Source: Macrostomum lignano (taxonomy: Eukaryota). Taken from it: DNA of 64,000 bases. The notes under the pieces were generated by a model. That model saw only the letters and a list, made by a program, of their open reading frames with translations, did no database searches and had not been told where the DNA came from. The stretch is from assembly GCA_002269645.1 (NCBI GenBank), contig NIVC01000861.1, positions 62,001-126,000 of the forward strand. Reading direction: 5' to 3'. Of the stretch, positions 12,703 to 26,250 are shown piece after piece; positions within the stretch are counted from its first letter, which is position 1, and every line of letters begins with the position of its first letter. Both the position numbers and the translations under genes were made by a program.

Positions 12703-15700
12703 ATGAGAAGGAAACAAGTCACCCAGCTGAAGATTCTTGCCCTTGTCATTGGCTGTCTATTTGTCATGCTAGTTGTATTTCATGGCAATAGTGTGCCAAG
12801 CGATTTGGCTGATCAGGGAAGTGAAGGTGGCAACAACATAGCCACTGGCGTGTCCTTTTCCCCACCATTGGGAGCTGGGGATGCCTCTGATCGAACTGAA
12901 GACCCCAATGAGCTGATTGACTGGCATGACTATAAGGTGAGGTTTTGATTGCTTTGTGTTGCTTCCAGTCTATCGAATTGGTATCTTCCTGCTTCCAGTT
13001 TGTATTAAATCTGTATCTTCCCACTTCCGGTCTGTATTGAATCTGTATCTTCCCACTTCCGGTCTGTATTGAATCCGTATCTTCCCACTTCCGGCCTGTA
13101 TTGAATCTGTATCTTCCCACTTCCGGCCTGTATTGAATCTGTATCTTCCCACTTCAGGTGTGTATTGAATCTGTATCTTCCCACTTCCGGTCTGTATTGA
13201 ATCTGTATCTTCCCACTTCCGGTCTGTATTGAATCTGTATCTTCCCACTTCCGGTCTATATTGAATCTGTATCTTCCCACTTCAGGTGTGTATTGAATCT
13301 GTATCTTCCCACTTCCAGTTTGTATTAAATCTGTATCTTCCCACTTCCGGTCTGTATTGAATCTGTATCTTCCCACTTCCGGTCTATATTGAATCCGTAT
13401 CTTCCCACTTCCGGCCTGTATTGAATCTGTATCTTCCCACTTCAGGTGTGTATTGAATCTGTATCTTCCCACTTCCAGTTTGTATTAAATCTGTATCTTC
13501 CCACTTCCGGTCTGTATTGAATCTGTATCTTCCCACTTCCGGTCTGTATTGAATCTGTATCTTCCCACTTCCGGTCTATATTGAATCCGTATCTTCCCAC
13601 TTCCGGCCTGTATTGAATCTGTATCTTCCCACTTCCGGCCTGTATTGAATCTGTATCTTCCCACTTCAGGTGTGTATTGAATCTGTATCTTCCCACTTCC
13701 GGTCTGTATTGAATCTGTATCTTCCCACTTCCGGCCTGTATTGAATCTGTATCTTCCCACTTCCGGTCTATATTGAATCTGTATCTTCCCACTTCAGGTG
13801 TGTATTGAATCTGTATCTTCCCACTTCCGGTCTGTATTGAATCTGTATCTTCCCACTTCCGGTCTGTATTGAATCTGTATCTTCCCATCGATTGTGCATA
13901 TGTATTACTCGCCGCAATTTGAAGGCCATAGAAGCGGAGCGGGCCAGGCAAGGCCCGGGCGAGCAAGGCAAAGGTGTACACCTGGACGCCAGCGAGAACA
14001 AGGCGGCAGATGATCTGTTCAGAGTGAACGGATTCAACGCTCTCGTTAGCGACAAGATGAGCCTGTTCCGATCTCTGGCAGATATTCGACACAGTGCCTG
14101 CCAGGGCGAGCGCTACCGGAGAGGCCTGCCAACAGCTTCCATCATCATACCGTTCCACGAGGAGCATTGGTCTACTCTGTTGCGCACAGTGGTGTCCTGC
14201 ATACATAGAGCGCCTAGGCATCTGGTTAAAGAGGTCATCTTGGTGGACGATTTTAGTAAAAAATCTTTCTTAGGAGACCCTCTGGAGAAGTGAGTTAAAA
14301 TATGGTTTTTTGTTTTATGAGCCGTATATGTTCCACTTCTAAAAAGTGCATGATGCACTTTTAATCACTGTAAAATATTACTGTGCTTAAATGTATCTAG
14401 CAATGAAGCTTTTGACACTAACTTTTTAAAACGCTTAGATGACCTATTCGAAAGGATTCGATTGTTTATTCGAAATGCTTAGATTAACTATTCGAAATGC
14501 TTGGATTAACTATTCGAAATGCTTAGATTAACTATTCGAAAGGATTCGATTGTTTATTCGAAATGCTTAGATTAACTATTCGAAATGCTTAGATTAACTA
14601 TTCGAAATGCTTAGATTAACTATTCGAAATGCTTAGATTAACTATTCGAAATGTTTAGATTAACTATTCGAAATGCTTAGATTAACTATTCGAAATGTTT
14701 AGATTAACTATTCGAAATGCTTAGATTAACTATTCGAAATGTTTAGATTAACTATTCGAAATGCTTAGATTAACTATTCGAAATGCTTAGATTAACTATT
14801 CGAAATGCTTTGATTACCTATTCGAAATGCTTGGATTAACTATTCGAAATGCTTAGATTAACTATTCGAAATGCTTAGATTAACTATTCGAAATGCTTAG
14901 ATTACCTATTCGAAATGCTTGGATTAACTATTCGAAATGCTTAGATTACCTATTCGAAATGCTTGGATTAACTATTCGAAATGCTTAGATTAACTATTCG
15001 AAATGCTTAGATTATCTATTCGAAATGCTTGGATTAACTATTCGAAATGCTTAGATTAACTATTCGAAATGCTTAGATTACCTATTCGAAATGCTTGGAT
15101 TAACTATTCGAAATGCTTAGATTAACTATTCGAAATGCTTTGATTACCTATTCGAAATGCTTGGATTAACTATTCGAAATGCTTAGATTAACTATTCGAA
15201 ATGCTTAGATTAACTATTCGAAATGCTTAGATTACCTATTCGAAATGCTTGGATTAACTATTCGAAATGCTTAGATTACCTATTCGAAATGCTTGGATTA
15301 ACTATTCGAAATGCTTAGATTAACTATTCGAAATGCTTAGATTATCTATTCGAAATGCTTGGATTAACTATTCGAAATGCTTAGATTAACTATTCGAAAT
15401 GCTTAGATTACCTATTCGAAATGCTTGGATTAACTATTCGAAATGCTTAGATTACCTATTCGAAATGCTTGGATTACTTTTGTCGATGCCCCCCCCCCCC
15501 AGATACGTCTCCGCTCATTTCACAAACGTTCGCGTATTGCGCAACGCGAAACGCGAGGGCCTAATTCGGACTCGAATATTTGGCGCCCGAAACGCCACTG
15601 GCGATGTGCTCATATTCCTGGATTCGCACTGCGAGTGCAACATCAACTGGTTGCCACCCCTGCTGCATCCGATCGCTAATAATTATAAAACTGTCGTCTG

Positions 15701-17430
15701 CCCTTTCATTGACGTCATCGATTTTAACACGTTTGCCTATCGAGCTCAAGACGAAGGCGCCAGGGGTGCATTCGACTGGGAGTTCTATTATAAGCGGCTG
15801 CCGTTGCTGCCCGAGGATTTGAAGCATCCGTCGAAGCCGTTCGACAGTCCCGTGATGGCTGGCGGCCTGTTCGCCATCAGCACCAAGTGGTTCTGGGAGC
15901 TGGGCGGCTACGATCCCGGTCTGGATATCTGGGGTGGCGAGCAGTACGAGCTCAGCTTTAAGGTGAGTTACTAATGTCCTTAATTATCAACAGAATTTTG
16001 CTGAATGTCAAAATGAATCTGTAATAATGTGTAATGTAAAAATTATATCTGTAAACAGCGGCTGAGAATATCTGTAAACAGTAGCTGAGAATATCTGTAA
16101 ACAGTAGCTGAGAATATCTGTAAACAGTAGCTGAGAATATCTGTAAACAGCAGCTGAGAATATCTGTAAACAGTAGCTGACAATATCTGTAAACAGTAGC
16201 TGAGAATATCTGTAAACAGTAGCTGAGAATATCTGTAAACAGCAGCTGAGAATATCTGTAAACAGTAGCTGACAATATCTGTAAACAGTAGCTGAGAATA
16301 TCTGTAAACAGTAGCTGACAATATCTGTAAACAGCAGCTGACAATATCTGTAAACAGTAGCTGAGAATATCTGTAAACAGTAGCTGAGAATATCTGTAAA
16401 CAGTAGCTGAGAATGTCTGTAAACAGTAGCTGACAATATCTGTAAACAGCAGCTGAGAATGTCTGTAAACAGCAGCTGACAATATCTGTAAACAGTAGCT
16501 GACAATATCTGTAAACAGTAGCTGACAATATCTGTAAACAGCAGCTGACAATATCTGTAAACAGTAGCTGAGAATATCTGTAAACAGTAGCTGAGAATAT
16601 CTGTAAACAGCAGCTGAGAATATCTGTAAACAGCAGCTGAGAATATCTGTAAACAGTAGCTGAGAATATCTGTAAACAGCAGCTGAGAATATCTGTAAAC
16701 AGTAGCTGAGAATGTCTGTAATCAGTAGCTGAGAATATCTGTAAACAGTAGCTGACAATATCTGTAAACAGCTGACAATATCTGTAAACAGCTGACAATA
16801 TCTGTAAACAGCAGCTGACAATATCTGTAAACAATAGCTCAGAGAGTAAACCATATTATGCTAATCATAAATTGTGCTTTAAATTCATACACGCGCGTGA
16901 CCTAGCAGACTTTGTGTGTAGTTTTTTCTAAAAATATGCCCTTTTTTTCTACCGGGCTCCATAGCGGCTTGTGTAGAGAGTTCTAACTAGGAAATCTTTC
17001 TCAAAGAAAGTAGAGAGAAAATCAATAACCGAACTCCCGACTTTCTTGCCTCAATTCTCCTCAATTCTTTTTGACTTGACTTATTTTTTTCACTGTGGGA
17101 TTTGGAGAGTTTTTTAATGCTAGGTTTATTGGTCCGTTTCTGTTCTCGATAATCCTTGCTGCTGAGTTTTATGCAGTATGCGGTATTACCACTGCTAAAA
17201 TGTTCCTTCATGCTTATTCGTGTGTGTTCTGCGATAGAATATTTCTTTTTCTACTAATCTAAGCCTTCTAAAACATGCATATAAATTATTTAATGACTAT
17301 AGGTTACTATAGTACGCAATTAATGCCTGGGCCTTAATGCATAAATTACCTGGCATTAATGCAGTTCAGACATGTGCTTGTATATAAAGCGTATAATATT
17401 CGACTGAGAGTTAAGTATAAAGATAGATAA

Positions 17431-17479
<49 letters not shown>

Positions 17480-19890
17480 GAGATAGATAGATAGATAGAT
17501 AGATACAGTAGATAGATAGGTAGGTAGGTAAGATCGATAGATATATACATAAATACATACATACATACATACATACATACATACATACATACATACATAC
17601 ATACATACATACATACATACATACCTATAGACAAACATACATACATACATAAATACATACATACATACATACGTACATACATACATACAGACATACATAC
17701 AGACATACATACATACATACATACGTACATACATACATACAGACATACATACAGACATACATACATACAGACATACATAAATACATACATACATACATAC
17801 GTACATACATACATACATACAGACATACAGACATACATACATACATACATACATACATACAAAAATAGTACTACTAAGATCTCCTATCAGTTAAGCACCA
17901 ACAATATGCTCAAAGCTAGTTGTTGAAACTCAATCGCCGCCCAGATCTGGCAGTGCGGCGGCCGCATGGTGGACACGGGCTGCAGCCGGATCGGCCACGT
18001 GTACCGCAAATACGCCCCGTTCCCCAACCCGGGCGTTGGCGATTTCATCGGTCGCAACTATCGCCGCGTAGCCGAAGTGTGGATGGACGAATACGCCGAG
18101 TACATTTACAATCGCCGACCGCATTATAAATCCATACCGGCCGGTGATTTAACTTCTCAACGCGAAATTAGAGAACGATTGCACTGCAAACCGTTTAAAT
18201 GGTTTATGACTAACGTGGCCTTTGATCTGCCGCTCCGCTATCCGCCTGTTGAGCCGCCCAGCGCGGCCAGCGGTGAAATTCGTAGCGCGGCAGACGCCAG
18301 CCTGTGCATCGATACCAGATTCAAAGGCGGCATGCAGAGCTTCGGCTTGGCCAAGTGTATTAAAGGTTTGTGGCCTTATGTTATTATGCTATCCACCGGT
18401 CTCATTTAATTGTCTCCTACAGAGCATTTCTGTCTTGATGAAGCACTCCTGTGTCTTCTCAAAAACCAATCCCCTGTCTTCCACAAAGCACTCTGCTGTG
18501 CTGAGGGAGACCCTCAAAACCCTCCCAAATCGCTGTCAAAACACCCCTGTGCCTGACCACCAAAGCACTCCCCTGTCACCCTCAAAGCACTTCCCTGTCA
18601 CCCTCAAAGCACTTCTCTGTCACCCTCAAAACACACCCCTGTCACCCTCAAATCACCCCTGTCACCCTCAAATCACCCTGTCACCCTCAAAGCACCCCTG
18701 TCACCCTCAAAGCACCCCTGTCACCCTCAAAGCACCCCTGTCACCCTCAAAGCACTCCCCTGTCACCCTCAAAGCACCCCTGTCACCCTCAAAGCACTCC
18801 CCTGTCACCCTTAAAACGCTCCTGTCACCCTTAAAGCACTCCTATGTCACCCTCGAATCACTACTGTCTCTCAAATCACTCCCCTGTCTCTCAAATCACT
18901 CCCCTGTCTCTCAAATCACTCCCCTGTCTCTCAAATCACTCCCCTGTCTCTCAAATCACTCCCCTGTCTCTCAAATCACTCCCCTGTCTCTCAAATCACT
19001 CCCCTGTCTCTCAAATCACTCCCCTGTCTCAAAGCACTCCCCTGTCTGTTAAGCACTCCCCTGTCTCTCAAATCACTCCCCTGTCTCTCAAATCACTCCC
19101 CTGTCTCTCAAATCACTCCCCTGTCTCTCAAATCACTCCCCTGTCTCTCAAATCACTCCCCTGTCTCAAAGCACTCCCCTGTCTGTTAAGCACTCCCCTG
19201 TCTCTCAAATCACTCCCCTGTCTCTCAAATCACTCCCCTGTCTCTCAAATCACTCCCCTGTCTCTCAAATCACTCCCCTGTCTCTCAAATCACTCCCCTG
19301 TCTCAAAGCACTCCCCTGTCTGTTAAGCACTCCCCTGTCTCTGAAATCACTCCCCTGTCTCTGAAATCACTCCCCTGTCTCTCAAACCACTCCCCTGTCT
19401 TTTAAAGCACTCTCCTGTCTGTCAAAGCACTCCCCTGTCTCTCAAATCACTCCCCTGTCTCTCAAATCACTCCCCTGTCTCCCAAATCACTCCCCTGTCC
19501 GCCCCATTCCCAATAGCCTAGACCCTATCTAACCAAGCCAACCCTCACTCAACAGGCGGCGGCGGCCTATCTGGTGAGCAGAATTTCATATTCACATTCC
19601 GCAAAGACATTCACCCAGCCGATCGAGCCTTCTGTTTCGACGTGTCCCAGCACGCTGTGAAAGCTCCGGTGATTCTGTACCAGTGCCATTATCAGAAAGG
19701 CAACCAGCACTGGAAGATCAACCCCAATACTGGTCAGCTGTATCACGTTGCCTCTCGCTTGTGCTTGGATAGCGAGCCGGCCCGACTGGAGATATTCATG
19801 AATTCTTGCAATTCTGCCACGCAAACTCAGCTATGGAAATGGGGCACCACCGATCCGAAGCAGCTGGAAAGAGATTGGGCCAATAACTAG
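12703..19890 (+). CDS. GALNT10: Polypeptide N-acetylgalactosaminyltransferase, GALNT10-like, 604 aa; exons 12703-12936, 13925-14289, 15503-15962, 17945-18365, 19556-19890
   Basis: All junctions are GT-AG with matching phases (0,2,0,1) and total 1815 nt. N-terminal TM anchor; DWHDY..GPGEQG; SIIIPFHEE; VILVDDFS; FLDSHCE; [11 protein letters not shown]; [17 protein letters not shown]; C-terminal ricin-type lectin repeats (QHWK, QLWKW). Confidence 0.93.
12975..13886. repeat. 32-bp minisatellite (TATTGAATCTGTATCTTCCCACTTCCGGTCTG), GALNT intron 1
   Basis: 32-aa periodicity in the minus-strand ORFs equals three 32-nt units. Confidence 0.97.
14440..15477. repeat. 22-bp minisatellite (TTCGAAATGCTTAGATTAACTA), GALNT intron 2
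   Basis: Direct reading; ends about 25 nt before the acceptor. Confidence 0.97.
16047..16840. repeat. 23-bp minisatellite (GAATATCTGTAAACAGTAGCTGA), GALNT intron 3
   Basis: 23-aa periodicity in the minus-strand ORFs. Confidence 0.97.
17420..17860. repeat. Compound (ATAG)n(ATAC)n microsatellite, GALNT intron 3
   Basis: Direct reading. Confidence 0.97.
18575..19500. repeat. 20-21-bp minisatellite (ACTCCCCTGTCTCTCAAATC) with a related CACCCTCAAAG variant at the 5' end, GALNT intron 4
   Basis: Direct reading; gradual 5'-to-3' change of unit type. Confidence 0.95.
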
Positions 19891-21051
19891 ATTGATGTTA
19901 ATTGACCAATGCTTTAGTATAAACCAAATATTATACTTTGCTTTTGTTTTTTATATGTTTATAACTCTCATTTTGTTCACCTGTCGCTTCTTCCAAGTCT
20001 GCCAAAATTGGGTTGGTTAGCTAATCAATATCTATTAATAATAAAATTAATATTAATTCTTGAGAACCAGAATATTTGAAAACTACTCATAAGTAGCATA
20101 AAAAGATTTTATGGTTTCTCATCTAGTCTGATTTCGTTTAGCTAGCCATTGGAATTATTAATTCCAAATGTCCATATTATTAAATTAAGTTGTGCGTACT
20201 CATTTTTTCTTACTGGTGGTTAACTTTTTTACAGGCGAATTGAGGTTTGTCACAGGTTCTTCATTCCAAACAAAAGGATTTTTTACTGCTAAAGTCACAC
20301 ACTGTTGATTTCGTTTTTATAAGCATATCCTATGCATACTACTGGGTAGTAGATGAGTAGTGTCATGATGATTTTCAGGAAATACAGCGACTATAACGTA
20401 AACCGTTTATCACTATTTTTTCTGATTTAGTTTAGTAAAGCTGGTATTAAAGTATGGCTCTGCTGAATAATCATATTTATTTATTTATTGATTTGTAATC
20501 TAGATTAATTCAAATGCCAAATTTGTGTGTGTAAGCCATGGCTGTGTTATTAGCATATTATTGGTATAGGTATATACTTTCATCAAATACTACACTACAC
20601 AATATGTAAATTAGTTATGGTACATTGTAATATCCCTCACACATTTAAAGCATTATGTTATTATTGTGTTCTGATTAATTGATAGAAAATTTCAGTTATG
20701 CACTATTGTTAATTTCAAGTAAGCTTACTGCTATAGAACGTTTACTTTTGATAATTTTGGTCAAATATTTAAATGATTTGAAAATATAAATCTGAATTTC
20801 ATCCGGTCACCTGCTGTCAAATTTATTATAACAAATGCTAACTGCTAGTAGAGTTTTTGTTTTATTTCATGAAAAATGATTTTCAAACTTATGATTTTAG
20901 TTAGTTATGCCACACATTTATTGATTATCAATGACGTAAATGAAAATCAAAAACTCATGTCACGTCTAAAATGCTGTGCCTAACTGATATACTGCTGTAA
21001 ACCTTGCTGTTGTTGTCTTTGCTGTTTTTTAGATAACTTGCAGACTTGAAA

Positions 21052-21102
21052 AAGTAGACAGATAGACAGATAGATAAATAGATAGATGGATAGATAGATA
21101 GG

Positions 21103-21169
<67 letters not shown>

Positions 21170-21385
21170 ATAGGTAGGTAGATAGATAGATAGATAAATA
21201 GGTAGGCAGATAGATAGATAGGTAGATAGGTAGATAGATAGGTAGATAGATATATAGGTAGATAGATGATAGATAGACAGACAGACAAATAGAAATATAG
21301 ATAGGTAAATAGACAGACAGACAGACAGACACACAAACTGGCAGACACACAGACAAACAGGCAGACAGACATTCAGACAGACAGC
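21052..21385. repeat. (ATAG)n/(ACAG)n microsatellite about 60 nt upstream of the GLTP start
   Basis: Direct reading. Confidence 0.95.
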
Positions 21386-21443
21386 CGCCCTCAATACTCC
21401 TGCGCCAGCAGCAGCAGCCAGAACACCTGAAGCAAGCCAAGCA

Positions 21444-23134
21444 ATGACGTCGGCACCGCAGGCTACAAAGCGAACATTTTTCACGTCAATCGACTGGGCG
21501 GCTCTGAGCAGCGCCGGCAGCGACGGCTGCGACATTCGGGTGGCCGGGCTGTGCGCGCTTGGCGAAGCCGTGTCCGAGTTTTTCGACCAGCTCGGCGTGT
21601 CGTTCAAGCCGGCCAGAAACGATGTGGCCGGCAATGTGAGAAAAATGACGGACGCGGCCAAGCAGCTGGACTCGGCGCCCGCTGCCGGGGCTGAGGAGTT
21701 TCAGACTGGCAGCGGTGAGATTCTGAGGCTGATGTTTTGGTCCTGATGGTGCCAGGGTGGATTGAGTAGAGTGACGGGGTAGATGGGACATTTCGGTAGA
21801 TTTTTAGGGATTCAGAGGTAGATAATAGCGTAGATAGTTGTTTGTAGTAGATGGAGTTGTAGTTTAGGGTAGATGGGGTAAGTAGTTTAGGGTAGATGAG
21901 ATAAGGTAGTTTAGGGTAGATGGGATAGGTAGTTTAGGGTAGATGGGGTAGGTAGTTTAGGGTAGATGGGATAGGTAGTTTAGGGTAGATGGAGTAAGTA
22001 GTTTAGGGTAGATGGGGTAAGTAGTTTAGGGTAGATGGGGTAAGTAGTTTAGGGTAGATGAGATAAGGTAGTTTAGGGTAGATAGGGTAAGTAGTTTAGG
22101 GTAGATGGGCTAGGTAGTTTATGGTAGATGGAGTAAGTAGTTTAGGGTAGATGGGGTAAGTAGTTTAGGGTAGATGAGATAAGGTAGTTTAGGGTAGATA
22201 GGGTAAGTAGTTTAGGGTAGATGGGGTAGGTAGTTTAGGGTAGATGGGATAGGTAGTTTAGGGTAGATGGGGTAGGTAGTTTAGGGTAGATGGGGTAAGT
22301 AGTTTATGGTAGATGGAGTAAGTAGTTTAGGGTAGATGGGGTAAGTAGTTTAGGGTAGATGAGATAAGGTAGTTTAGGGTAGATAGGGTAAGTAGTTTAG
22401 GGTAGATAGTGTAAGTAGTTTAGGGTAGATGAGATAAGGTAGTTTAGGGTAGATGTGTTAGTAATTTAGGAAAGATGTGTTAGTAGCTCGTAGTTTAGGG
22501 TAGATAAGTAGTTGTTTAGACGGTAAATAGTATTGGCGTACTCGTTATAACCATGTATACAAAAATATGTAGATATGTACTATCTATATAAAAATATACA
22601 AAGTACATTTTACTAATATTTCTTATCGTATTAAAGCATTATGCCAATATTCCCACAGTTGGCCACATGCTCCAGTCTGAGCAAGCCAGCGGCTTAGCGG
22701 CCAAGGACCCCAGCGGTACAATTGGACTGTTATGGTTCAAACGGGCTCTGGAATACCTGTACGCTATGCTGTGCCTAGTTCACTCTAGCCGGGCTCGAAC
22801 CGGCGACTTTGGCATGGCTGAGCTGTGCAGGCGAGCCTACGAGGCCACTCTGAAGCCGCGGCACTCCTGGCTGGTGCAGAAAACCTTTGGCTTGGTGATT
22901 TCTACTTCACCAAAGCGTAGCCAGTTTCTAGCCAGAGTGACCTACGGAGACGATAGCGTTAACGAGGACGAGCTCTACGAGTCTATGGCCGCTAGTCTGG
23001 TTGCTATGCGTCGCCTATTGGAGTGCTTGAACGCGGCGCTGTGCCGTTACAACGTAGAGTCTCCACCGGTGCCAGATTTGGCGGCTCTATCGCCAGCGGG
23101 TACGGAGTCGCCTGCTGGAGCTGTTGAGCAATAG
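21444..23134 (+). CDS. Glycolipid transfer protein family (GLTP / PLEKHA8 GLTP domain), 248 aa; exons 21444-21714, 22659-23134
   Basis: Phase-1 GT-AG intron (G|gtgaga ... cccacag|TT). Family motifs FKPARNDVAGNVRK, LLWFKRAL and AYEATLKPRHSW match F.PVK.D..GNI.K, LLWLKRGL and AY...LK.YH.W. Confidence 0.88.
21850..22450. repeat. 23-bp minisatellite (GTAGTTTAGGGTAGATGGGGTAA), GLTP intron
   Basis: Direct reading; many units contain GGTAAGT. Confidence 0.95.
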
Positions 23135-23869
23135 GGACTGTTTTTCTTTATAAATTATAATAGACAAATACATTTTAACTACTAAGAGTAGGTGTGCGTT
23201 ATACAAAAGTCCAATTAAGGCAATTATTATACTAACTATAACTAGGTGCACCAAATTGTTTTGCCATAGGACACTTCATGGATCTGCTGAGTTAGAAAAC
23301 GGATATTCAAAGTTGTACGCTTACAGAATAAAAACAGTTTGGGCCATAGACAATGCCCAGAGTTGGACATCAACTCGTTTAAAATGCATTATACCATTGT
23401 ATCTCAGATCTCTCAGTCAGAAACTTTCGTGTCGTCTATGGCCCAACCTATCTCTGTTCTGTAGGCTTTCAAGCATGACAAAAGCTATGTTCTTTTAACT
23501 TTGACCATAGACTATATTGCTTTATATTACTATCAGTAACGTATGATTTATTAAGATTTATAAACTTTATTTGTCTGTCTTGAGGTTTATTTGTTAGTTT
23601 TATTTTATTTATTTTATTTTAATAAATGCAACTTTTCTCTTTTGTTTATATTTTCACACTAACTATTAATAGTATGTGCCAATATTACTACTTTACATGT
23701 TATTCTGCAAATGTGTTATGTATTTTATTTGAATTTTTAGAGTGCAATATTTTTTCCTGAGTTTCAATTATTTACTAGATAATTTATCCTTTATGTCTCT
23801 ATATTGCAATATATTGTCATTTTTTATTATAGCGGTCTGTTAAATTTCCCAGCTAAGCCTGTTAGAATT

Positions 23870-24400
23870 CTTAGCTTAGACTATTAGAATTTCTCGCTTA
23901 GTATATTAATATAGAATTCCTAGCTTAGACTATTAGACTTCCAAGCTTAGACTATTAGACTTCCAAGCTTAGACTATTAGACTTCCAAGCTTAGACTATT
24001 AGACTTCCAAGCTTAGACTATTAGAATTCCAAGCTTAGACTATTAGAATTCCTAGCTGAGTCTATAATTTCTAGCCGAGTCTATTAGAATTCCTAGCTGA
24101 GTCTATTAGAATTCCTAGCTGAGTATATTAGAATTCCTAGCTGAGTCTATTAGAATTCCTAGCTGAGTCTATTAGAATTCCTAGCTGAGTCTATTAGAAT
24201 TCCTAGCTGAGTCTATTAGAATTCCTAGCTGAGTCTATTAGAATTCCTAGCTGAGTCTATTAGAATTTCTAGCTGAGTCAATTAGAATTCCTAGCTGAGT
24301 CTATTAGAATTCTTAGCTGAGTCTATTAGAATTCCTAGCCGAGTCTATTAGAATTTCTAGCTGAGTCTATTAGAATTCGTAGCTGAATCTATTAGAATAG
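23870..24400. repeat. 22-bp minisatellite (GAGTCTATTAGAATTCCTAGCT and variant TTAGACTATTAGACTTCCAAGC)
   Basis: Direct reading. Confidence 0.93.
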
Positions 24401-25184
24401 TCAAGTCTGTATCTAGTCTAAAATGTCTATTATTTTGAGTCAAGTACTAGTAATAAAAGCTTCATTATTTAATTCGCTGTTTTAAAATCCAAAATTTTGT
24501 GTTAGTTATTTTTTCATTTTTCTATAACTAGATTTTTGGTTCGGTAAATTTATCTAGAAATTTTCTCTTAAGATTTTCTTTAATATGATTTATGGTCAGA
24601 GGATTTCTAATCGTCCCACCTGTCAGATTGTCCGTCTTTCTGCCTTTTTAACTACCTGCCTGCCAGTTACCTGTATTATCCAGCACGAAAATTTGTTTGA
24701 TCGGCTATGACATCAATAGATAAATAAATATGAACAAGGTTAGGTCTTCCCTTTTCTCTCAAGAAAATTCTGTCTGAGGTCAGAACTTATTTAAATACGA
24801 TGCGTCTTATTTTATTTTTTAATTTCAATAAATTATTTTCTCATCGAGCTCTAGACTGGGGAGTTTTGCTTACTGACAAATAAAATTTGTTTTTTTAATA
24901 TTCATGCTGGACGAGGTGTAACACTTTGTTTCTTCTATCAAAACGTGATATTATTTAACAGAAACGAGGGCTCCTCTATCGAAAATGCATCAGACGAAGA
25001 TAATGCTGCAGCACTACTAACAAACTGACTTCAGTAGCTCAGCCGACTTTTGTACGAGTAATTTGCACATTGATTCTATGGTCGCACAATCATTTTAGGA
25101 GCGATTCCTGGAATACGTCAATAAAATGACGATTTTTTGGTGTTCAGCTGTTGCAACTTAGATCCTGTGCAGCGTAGATCCTGT

Positions 25185-25495
25185 CCCTTGGTGGGCCCCC
25201 TCTGTCCCTTGGTGGGCACCTCTGTCCCTTGGTGGGCCCCTCTGTCCCTTGGTGGGCCCCCTCTGTCCCTTGGTGGACCCCTCTGTCCCTTGGTGGGCCC
25301 CTCTGTCCCTTGCTGGCTCCCTCTGTTACTTGGTGGCTCCCTCTGTCCCTTGGTGGGCACCTCTGTCCCTTAGTGGCCCCCTCTGTCCCTTGGTGGCCCC
25401 CTCTGTCCCTTGGTGGCCCCCTCTGTCCTTTGATGGGCTCCTTCTGTCTCTTGGTGGGCGCCCCTGTCTCTTAGTGGCCCCATCTCTTAGTGGGT
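25185..25495. repeat. 20-21-bp GC-rich minisatellite (CTCTGTCCCTTGGTGGGCCC)
   Basis: Direct reading. Confidence 0.93.
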
Positions 25496-25929
25496 GCCGG
25501 CCTACCCTTGACTCTTAGGCCGGTGGATGATGTCACGTCCCAGAGGTGATAAAATTTGAAATCAGGTAGAGTTGCTCGCTTCGCAAATAATAGAATAAAA
25601 AACCAACAATCAACATTTGTAAGTCGACGCGTTTCGCACTCCGTGGTGCGAGACTCCGTGGATCGTCTCGGCAGCCAGAAAGGCTTTGATGATGAACACC
25701 ATGTTGACTTGCCGCTTGGCCCATAGAGTGGTTTGACAGGATTGTACCATAGACAAAAGTCAAATTTGTGGCAACTCTTGAGCGTTTGACTGTTTTAAAT
25801 TCAATTCAGACAGAAGGAGTTGCCTAAAAGCAATCAAAGTTAATGCCAATAATTAAATATGTGGGTCTTTTAAACAAAAATCTGTTTTATTTGGAGAGTC
25901 TAGATTAGAGTAGAGTTGTGAGTAGATTA

Positions 25930-26075
25930 GAGAAGAGTAGAGACGAGAGTAAAGTAGAGCATAGCTAGAGCAGAGATTCAGAGACGAGAGTAAAGTAGAG
26001 CATAGCTAGAGCAGAGATTCAGAGACGAGAGTAAAGTAGAGCATAGCTAGAGCAGAGATTCAGAGACGAGAGTAG
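25930..26075. repeat. 41-bp tandem repeat, 3 copies
   Basis: AGACGAGAG at 25941 and 25982 gives period 41. Confidence 0.9.
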
Positions 26076-26250
26076 AGTATATTGGGGCAAACTAGTCGTA
26101 GAGAATAATGGAGTAGAACTTGATTTAGGACAAAAGAACAAAAAAGCGTACATAGTGTTTCAGTATGATCTGTCATTATTATTCCGACGCACAGAGTTCC
26201 TTCGTCTTGAATTCAAGTGAGCTTCAGCTCTCATTTCTTCTTAGTTCTTC

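Noticed and set aside
16987-17211. Lys-rich 74-aa antisense ORF in GALNT intron 3
   Set aside because: Short, no motif or splice support; composition explained by T-rich DNA.
12764-17862. Long periodic minus-strand ORFs inside GALNT introns
   Set aside because: Stop-free frames of tandem arrays; no coding evidence.
19891-21443. GALNT10-GLTP as an operon
   Set aside because: 1.55-kb spacer, GLTP has its own ATG, and no clear acceptor beyond microsatellite AGs; not supportable.
25615-25680. Possible minimal hammerhead ribozyme on the minus strand (CGAAACGCGTC)
   Set aside because: The CUGANGA box is absent (CTGCCGA at best) and stem I does not pair; at most a decayed Penelope-type remnant.
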